NCBI GenBank assembly: GCA_048941015.1
Contig: JBHLNZ010000007.1
Coordinates: 17,731 to 81,730, forward strand
DNA from: Promethearchaeota archaeon
GTDB taxonomy: Archaea > Asgardarchaeota > Lokiarchaeia > Sigyniarchaeales > SOKP01
Direction of reading: 5' to 3'
Length of the DNA stretch: 64,000 nt
Each line of letters begins with the position of its first letter. Position 1 is the stretch's first letter. Position numbers and translations under genes: made by a program. Below are positions 58,716 to 64,000 of this stretch, in pieces. Under the pieces are notes generated by a model. The model ran no database searches. It saw nothing but the letters and a program-made list of their open reading frames with translations, and was not told the DNA's origin.

Positions 58716-60071
58716 TCACTTCTTTAATTTTTTGATTTGCGACCAAAAATATTTGATTGTTAAAAAATACCATATTATTAAAATTGGTGCTATTAATATA
58801 AGTGAAAATAGGATATTAGTTGGTATTCTTATAAATATTAAATCAATTTCCTCATAAAATAATTTCATTATTACTGAATCTATTAAGATTAATAATAAAA
58901 TAATTACAATTAGAAGAATTATCATTAAACTGATGATCCCCCTTATTCTTGGATAATAATATAACAAAATGGTTGTTGGAATTAAAAAAATAAATATAAA
59001 TAAATAAATGTAAAACAAATTAAGATTTCCTAAAGTCCATTGTGTAAGTAATATCGAAATTATTGAAAAGAATCCACAGATTATTGATATCACATAAAAA
59101 TTTTTAACTATATCAGGTTCTTTTAATGGTCCTTTCGCTAAGATTAATCGAGGTAAAGTTAATGCGGAAGTTCTTTTTTCAGAGGCTATTATTATATCAT
59201 TATCCAATAAAATGATATCACTTTTTTGATCTTGGATTTCACTACTTTCAAAAAAACCCTTTACAGAACTTATTACAAAAAAACTATTAAATATGTGAAT
59301 TAAGAGTGCACAAAAAACAGCAACCTCCATTGAACCTAATAAAGCAATGCAGGCAAAAATAGAACCCATACTTAATGTACCTATATCACCTGGAAAAATT
59401 TTAGCGGGAAATTTATTATAAATGAAAAAAGCTATAATTACTGCTATTGAAGTTGAAGTAATTAAAATAACAATATTTGAATTCCAAATTAAGCCACATA
59501 TAAAAAGAAAACAAAGAGCTATTAATGATGTACCTGAACCTTCTCCATTATAACCTTCTAACATATTCGAAGTGTTTGCAAAAACGGCAACAATTAAAGG
59601 AGCCGCTAAAGGGTAGATCATTGTCAATCTTGTAACTCCTAGAAAAGGTAAGGTAGGGGAATTGATACTTATGAAGCCTATATAATTAGCTAAAAAAATT
59701 GCAGTACCAGTTAATATTGTTAATACAATTTTATAAAATGATTTAAGTTTGATACGATCATCAATAAATCCGATTATTCCTGATATCAGTATTGTTAAAA
59801 AATATATTATAATCTCGTTATATACATTATGGAAAAAAAACATTAGTAGTAATGAAGTTACTGATATACCAATAACTATACTTAAACCTCCTGATTCTGG
59901 TACTTCAGGTCTAGAATTTTTATGAATATCATATCCAATATATCCTTTTTTTTTCATTAGCCTTATAATAAAGGGTATAGAAGTGAAAGTTACAAAGAAA
60001 CCTATAATAGAAATTATAATTAAACATAAAACTTCGAAAATCCCCCAATTGAACTCAGTTATAAAAATCAT
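58716..60071 (-). CDS. UDP-GlcNAc:dolichyl-phosphate GlcNAc-1-phosphotransferase (AglH/DPAGT1-like, MraY family)
   Basis: GYDIHK..PEVPESGG, GFIDD, NTSNMLEGYNG, YNKFPAKIFPGDIGT. Confidence 0.87.
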   Translation of the reverse strand: MIFITEFNWGIFEVLCLIIISIIGFFVTFTSIPFIIRLMKKKGYIGYDIHKNSRPEVPESGGLSIVIGISVTSLLLMFFFHNVYNEIIIYFLTILISGIIGFIDDRIKLKSFYKIVLTILTGTAIFLANYIGFISINSPTLPFLGVTRLTMIYPLAAPLIVAVFANTSNMLEGYNGEGSGTSLIALCFLFICGLIWNSNIVILITSTSIAVIIAFFIYNKFPAKIFPGDIGTLSMGSIFACIALLGSMEVAVFCALLIHIFNSFFVISSVKGFFESSEIQDQKSDIILLDNDIIIASEKRTSALTLPRLILAKGPLKEPDIVKNFYVISIICGFFSIISILLTQWTLGNLNLFYIYLFIFIFLIPTTILLYYYPRIRGIISLMIILLIVIILLLILIDSVIMKLFYEEIDLIFIRIPTNILFSLILIAPILIIWYFLTIKYFWSQIKKLKK

Positions 60072-60310
60072 TAAAATATCCTTTTTCTCATAATATATTG
60101 AATATTTAGAAATTTCATAATTAGAAAAAATTTATGAAAAATTTTAAATTAATTTTTAAAATTTCCTACAACTTATAAAAAATATAGATTAATATTTAGA
60201 AATAAATTAGTTAAAATTATTACTTAATTTATTTATAAGATTAACAACCAAATTATCATTATAAAATGGTTTAAGAAGTTAGAGAAATATAAGATCTATT
60301 GATATTTGTT

Positions 60311-61426
60311 TTACAATTTTTTAAATTGAAAATACAATTTTTCTAATTTATTTCCTATAATATCCCACCTATATTTCTGAATATAATTATGGGATTTGCT
60401 TATTAAACTTTCTCTTAGCTCTTTGTTCTTCAACAAATTAATTATTTCTTCTGCTAATAATTTTGAATTTTTTGGTGGAACAAATATAGCATTATCTTGC
60501 AAAATTTCTCGAAAAACCATAATAGAAGAGCAAATTACGGGAGTTCCACATGCTATTGCTTCTATTGATGTTAATCCAAAACCCTCAGATGCGTGAGAAT
60601 AGGTAATAAAAACGTCTCCCATTGAATAATAGAAAGCTAATTCTTCATCGGAAATAAAACCTACAAACCTTATATCCTTGTAAGAATTTTTCCATTGGTA
60701 ATAAGATTTTTCCATGGAATAATCTGGCAAACCTCCTATAACTAAATTTAGATTTGGTATTTCTGCTTTAGCTATTTGAAATGCTTTTATGATATATTCT
60801 ACTCCTTTATATGGAGCTATTCTTCCAATATAAAGAAGAACTGGTCCTTCAATATTTAGTTTATTTCTAAGTTTCATTGCTTCATTTGGATATGGTTTGA
60901 ATTTTTTATCAATTCCATTAAAAAAGTTAAATATTTTATTATTGTCAACTTGAGGAATAAAATATTTAAATTCTTTTTTAACAAATTCTGAAACAGTTGT
61001 TATATAAGTTGATCTCTTTGCTATATATCTCAATAATATCTTAGCTATTGGTATTTTATAAAAATTTGTTTCAAAATGACCTAAGTCATGAATTGTAGAG
61101 ATAAATTTTTTTACATTAGCTAAAATTATAGGAAATGTTCCTTTTGGTCCATTACCATGTATAATATCAAAATTCGATTTATTTTTAATTAAAAAAAGAG
61201 CTACTTTAAAATTGAATTGAGGAATCCACAAGAAACGTTTTCTTATTATATTTATTTGAATGATATTTGGATCCTTTAACTTTTTCTTCCATTTACCAGT
61301 TATAACAGTTACATTATGGCCTTTAGATCTCAGAAAATCATAATATTCTCTAAAAACTTGGGCTTCACCATCTTTATCGTCAGGTGGGAACTTTAATGAT
61401 ATAAGACAGATTTTTAATTTTTCCAT
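60311..61426 (-). CDS. glycosyltransferase family 4
   Basis: TIHD, NGID, GRIAPYKG, EGFGLTSIEAIACGTPV. Confidence 0.92.
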   Translation of the reverse strand: MEKLKICLISLKFPPDDKDGEAQVFREYYDFLRSKGHNVTVITGKWKKKLKDPNIIQINIIRKRFLWIPQFNFKVALFLIKNKSNFDIIHGNGPKGTFPIILANVKKFISTIHDLGHFETNFYKIPIAKILLRYIAKRSTYITTVSEFVKKEFKYFIPQVDNNKIFNFFNGIDKKFKPYPNEAMKLRNKLNIEGPVLLYIGRIAPYKGVEYIIKAFQIAKAEIPNLNLVIGGLPDYSMEKSYYQWKNSYKDIRFVGFISDEELAFYYSMGDVFITYSHASEGFGLTSIEAIACGTPVICSSIMVFREILQDNAIFVPPKNSKLLAEEIINLLKNKELRESLISKSHNYIQKYRWDIIGNKLEKLYFQFKKL

Positions 61427-61441
61427 TTTTAAAATTAAAAT

Positions 61442-62422
61442 TTAAGTTAGTTGTTCATATCCCTCTTCAGTTATTAGAATTGTTTCTTCGCTTTGTGCTA
61501 CAAATTCTCCCTTTTGTTCAGCTAAAACGTAATGAGCTTTAACTTTTCCCTGTTGTATGAGTTCCTGAAGTCCAAATATTACACCTACTCTAAAATGTTT
61601 TGCTAGCCATCTTTCTGCGAATGGTAATGTTTTATAATTTTTGTTAATATAACCTAAAATTTGTTTTGAGGTTTTCCTTCGTAAAGGAACTCTTCCAGTA
61701 TAAGGATTTAACTCGTAAATATATGAACTACTTGTATTGTGAATTGATCCTTCTCCAGTAGAAGCAAAGATCTCAATAGCATATATTTCTCCTTCTTCCA
61801 TGATATCTCCCCCTTGAGATCCTAATTCAGGTAATTGTTTCTTGCCATGAACAGTCCATTGTTCGATTTGGTGGCCTCCAAGTTCTTTAATGGGATTAAA
61901 TTTAAAACCCTTGATAATACTTTCAATTTTTTTTCCAATTTCTTTTGTATTGATTTTTGGTTTAGTCATCATTTTTGCAGCCTCAACTGCTACTTCAGTA
62001 GATTGTATTATGTTCTCTAACGCTTTATCATCATTAAAACTCACAGAAAATGCGGTATCAACAATATAACCCTCTATGTGTACTCCTAAATCTACTTTAA
62101 CAATATCTCCTTCTGAAATCGTAAGATTATCATCCTTCATAGGCGAAGTATAATGCGCTGCTATATTATTTATACTAACATTAGCTGGAAATGCGCAATT
62201 ACCTCCCAATTCAATGATTTTAGACTCGATAGATTCTACTAAGCTAAATACATTTGTACCAATTTTAATCTTGGGTTTAATGTGTTGTTTTACTTCCTTA
62301 GCAATGTTACCTGCTTTTCTTAAAGACTCAATCTTAATTTCTCTTTCTTTTTCTTCTTTTTCTAATTCTTCTTTAGTTTTTTCTTTCCTAGAACTCCTAC
62401 TCATCTTAGTTTTCTCATTCAT
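61442..62422 (-). CDS. map: methionine aminopeptidase type II
   Basis: AFPANVSINNIAAHYT, KVDLGVHIEGYIVDTA, GGHQI, AIEIF, LPFAERW, AQSEET. Confidence 0.95.
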   Translation of the reverse strand: MNEKTKMSRSSRKEKTKEELEKEEKEREIKIESLRKAGNIAKEVKQHIKPKIKIGTNVFSLVESIESKIIELGGNCAFPANVSINNIAAHYTSPMKDDNLTISEGDIVKVDLGVHIEGYIVDTAFSVSFNDDKALENIIQSTEVAVEAAKMMTKPKINTKEIGKKIESIIKGFKFNPIKELGGHQIEQWTVHGKKQLPELGSQGGDIMEEGEIYAIEIFASTGEGSIHNTSSSYIYELNPYTGRVPLRRKTSKQILGYINKNYKTLPFAERWLAKHFRVGVIFGLQELIQQGKVKAHYVLAEQKGEFVAQSEETILITEEGYEQLT

Positions 62423-62647
62423 TAGATTATAAATATGAAAAAATTGATAAAAATATTTTTTAAATACACTATATCTAATTTAATAGATAAATAAAAATAA
62501 ATAAAGTAAAGATTAATAAATAAATAAAGTTAATTTTAATAATCATATTATTTATTATTCTATTAGCCATTTAAGTTGAATTAGCATTAAATATGAAAAT
62601 TTACGAGACAATTAATTTATCTGATTATAACAAGGAGGGAATAAACG

Positions 62648-63019
62648 GTGTCGGAAAATATCAGTGAACTCACTGATTTACTAAGAAAATTATCTGCGGT
62701 TAATTCTGACATAGAAGGATCAGCTATAGTTAGTGTACAAGGATTACCGATTTGTTCGGTACTAAGTAGAGATGTAAATGATGGTATCGTTTCAGCAATG
62801 TCTGCAGCGATTCAAAGCGTTTCAGAACGTGCTGTTGAAGAGCTTGATCGAGGCGAATTAAAACGTATTCTTATAGAAGGAGTTAATGGTATAATAATCT
62901 TGTCAAAAGCAGGAGAAAACGCAATATTATGCACACTCTGTCATGCTAATGCCAGTCTCGGCATGGTTTTTCTCAATATTCAAAGTGTATCTAATAGAAT
63001 TGCCGCTTTATTAGATTAA
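62648..63019 (+). CDS. roadblock/LC7 (MglB-like) protein
   Basis: IEGSAIVSVQGLPI, VSAMSAA, GELKRILIEG, ASLGMVF; GTG start after AGGAGG SD. Confidence 0.92.
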   Translation: MSENISELTDLLRKLSAVNSDIEGSAIVSVQGLPICSVLSRDVNDGIVSAMSAAIQSVSERAVEELDRGELKRILIEGVNGIIILSKAGENAILCTLCHANASLGMVFLNIQSVSNRIAALLD

Positions 63020-63077
63020 ATGCTATTAATCACAAGTATTGATTAAATCTAATAGAATTTATCTACATTAAATTGTT

Positions 63078-64000
63078 ATGTCGTTTAAGCAACAAGATGA
63101 AATTATTTTTTATAAAAGGTTAGCCAAATCATTAAGTTCTAAGGAATTTCTACAATTTAGAAAAATACTGCATGAATTAAAAGATTCTAACTTAATATTT
63201 AATCCTTATAAGGTATCAAATCGATTTGAAATTTTATCTCAACTGCTTATCAATTGTATAAGAAATGTGACTGAAGGATATCAAACTTCTTCTTTAGGAG
63301 AATTTATTGAAATTCTAAAATTCTTTAATAATTTCAATTTAATTGAGAGAGAGCTAAAAAAGTCTGAGTATAATCAAATAAAGATAATTAAGAAGGATAT
63401 ATTATTCTTATCTAATTTAGAGGATTTATTCGGTAAACTAACCAATTCATTCATATTTTATATTTATAATGAAATACCGAACCTGCTATATGATGTTTTA
63501 CATAATTCTTTTAAGGATCTTCAATTTTATTACTTTCCAAGCCCTGATGATTTTGTAAATTATGTAAAGTTTGTATTTTTTAACCAATATTCTATATACG
63601 GCTTAATAGTGAAATATTTAGGACCTGTAAAGCAATTTATTAATGAATTTAAGAAGTATTATTCAATTACTGAAAAAAAAAACGATTTGAATTCTAAAAA
63701 ATTCATAAATGACTTTATTGAATTTGATGTAATTTACAAGGATATGAATTTTTATGAAAATTATGGAGAAGAAAGAAGCTATTATATTATTAAGAAGCAT
63801 TTAGTTTCTCCAAAAAACCTATTGGAGAATCAAGAGAAGATTCAAGAAAAAGACACTTACAAATTTTTTAACTTATCTATGGTTTTACTAGGAGGAGTAG
63901 GTCCTCAGGGTATGGGATTTACTTATTCGACTCCAAAAGGAGAACTAGTTGAAATTTGTTCTGATATGAAAGAAAATGAGGCAATTATTATAAAATACAA
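63078..64000 (+). CDS. hypothetical protein, 3' end outside window
   Basis: Not in ORF track. Frame open from ATG 63078 (MSFKQQDEII...) to window end, including MVLLGGVGPQGMGFTYSTPKGELVEICSD. Confidence 0.75.
   Translation, partial: MSFKQQDEIIFYKRLAKSLSSKEFLQFRKILHELKDSNLIFNPYKVSNRFEILSQLLINCIRNVTEGYQTSSLGEFIEILKFFNNFNLIERELKKSEYNQIKIIKKDILFLSNLEDLFGKLTNSFIFYIYNEIPNLLYDVLHNSFKDLQFYYFPSPDDFVNYVKFVFFNQYSIYGLIVKYLGPVKQFINEFKKYYSITEKKNDLNSKKFINDFIEFDVIYKDMNFYENYGEERSYYIIKKHLVSPKNLLENQEKIQEKDTYKFFNLSMVLLGGVGPQGMGFTYSTPKGELVEICSDMKENEAIIIKY

Noticed and set aside
2463-62432. Short ORFs antisense to recognised genes (e.g. 2463..2738, 7565..7816, 15371..15718, 25894..26238, 47918..48286, 55474..55884, 62214..62432)
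   Set aside because: Lie opposite well-supported genes, with Ile/Phe/Ser-rich composition expected from antisense reading of AT-rich coding DNA
62480-62535. Repeated ATAAATAAAGT-like units
   Set aside because: Low-complexity A/T tract, no regular repeat-spacer structure; not CRISPR
1-64000. Selenoprotein genes (in-frame TGA) or SECIS elements
   Set aside because: TGA-ending ORFs checked (1045, 14592, 49602, 58716) end at natural protein termini with no redox-motif context; no convincing AUGA/GA stem seen by eye. A covariance-model SECIS search would be needed to exclude fully
1-64000. Mobile elements, integrase at the tRNA, CRISPR arrays, rRNA
   Set aside because: No transposase/integrase motifs, no duplicated tRNA 3' end, no repeat arrays and no long GC-rich structural RNA noticed

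Overview
Very AT-rich, gene-dense archaeal chromosome segment. Gene content (archaeal-type ribosomal proteins, SelB, two roadblock/LC7 proteins, ribophorin I, OSTC-like, RPC34/TFE-beta-like, CdvA-like) points to Asgard archaea, most likely Lokiarchaeia; this assignment is inference from recognised motifs, not a database search. The window holds: SelB plus a roadblock gene; a probable corrinoid-uptake patch (DUF4430, ECF S-component); a truncated S10/spc ribosomal operon running uS19 to uL15 (including an S14 missed by the ORF track, with no L3/L4/L23/L2 upstream and no secY downstream); housekeeping and RNA-modification genes (RlmE, Trm1, TlyA, Trm112, MetAP2, class I FBPase, PepD, GcvH, MptE); two RadA paralogs; an Opp/Dpp ABC transporter with two unknown genes inside the operon; and a tRNA-Gln(UUG) carrying a 29-nt bulge-helix-bulge intron in the T-loop (59/60) and a C instead of the near-universal U33. 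The strongest system-level signal is a set of ER-like translocon/N-glycosylation parts: ribophorin I head-to-head with Sec61-beta, near a DPAGT1/AglH-type GPT, glycosyltransferases and a polyprenyl-phosphate phosphoribosyltransferase, plus dispersed OSTC/DC2-like and DPM2-like membrane proteins. No CRISPR array, rRNA or mobile element was recognised.
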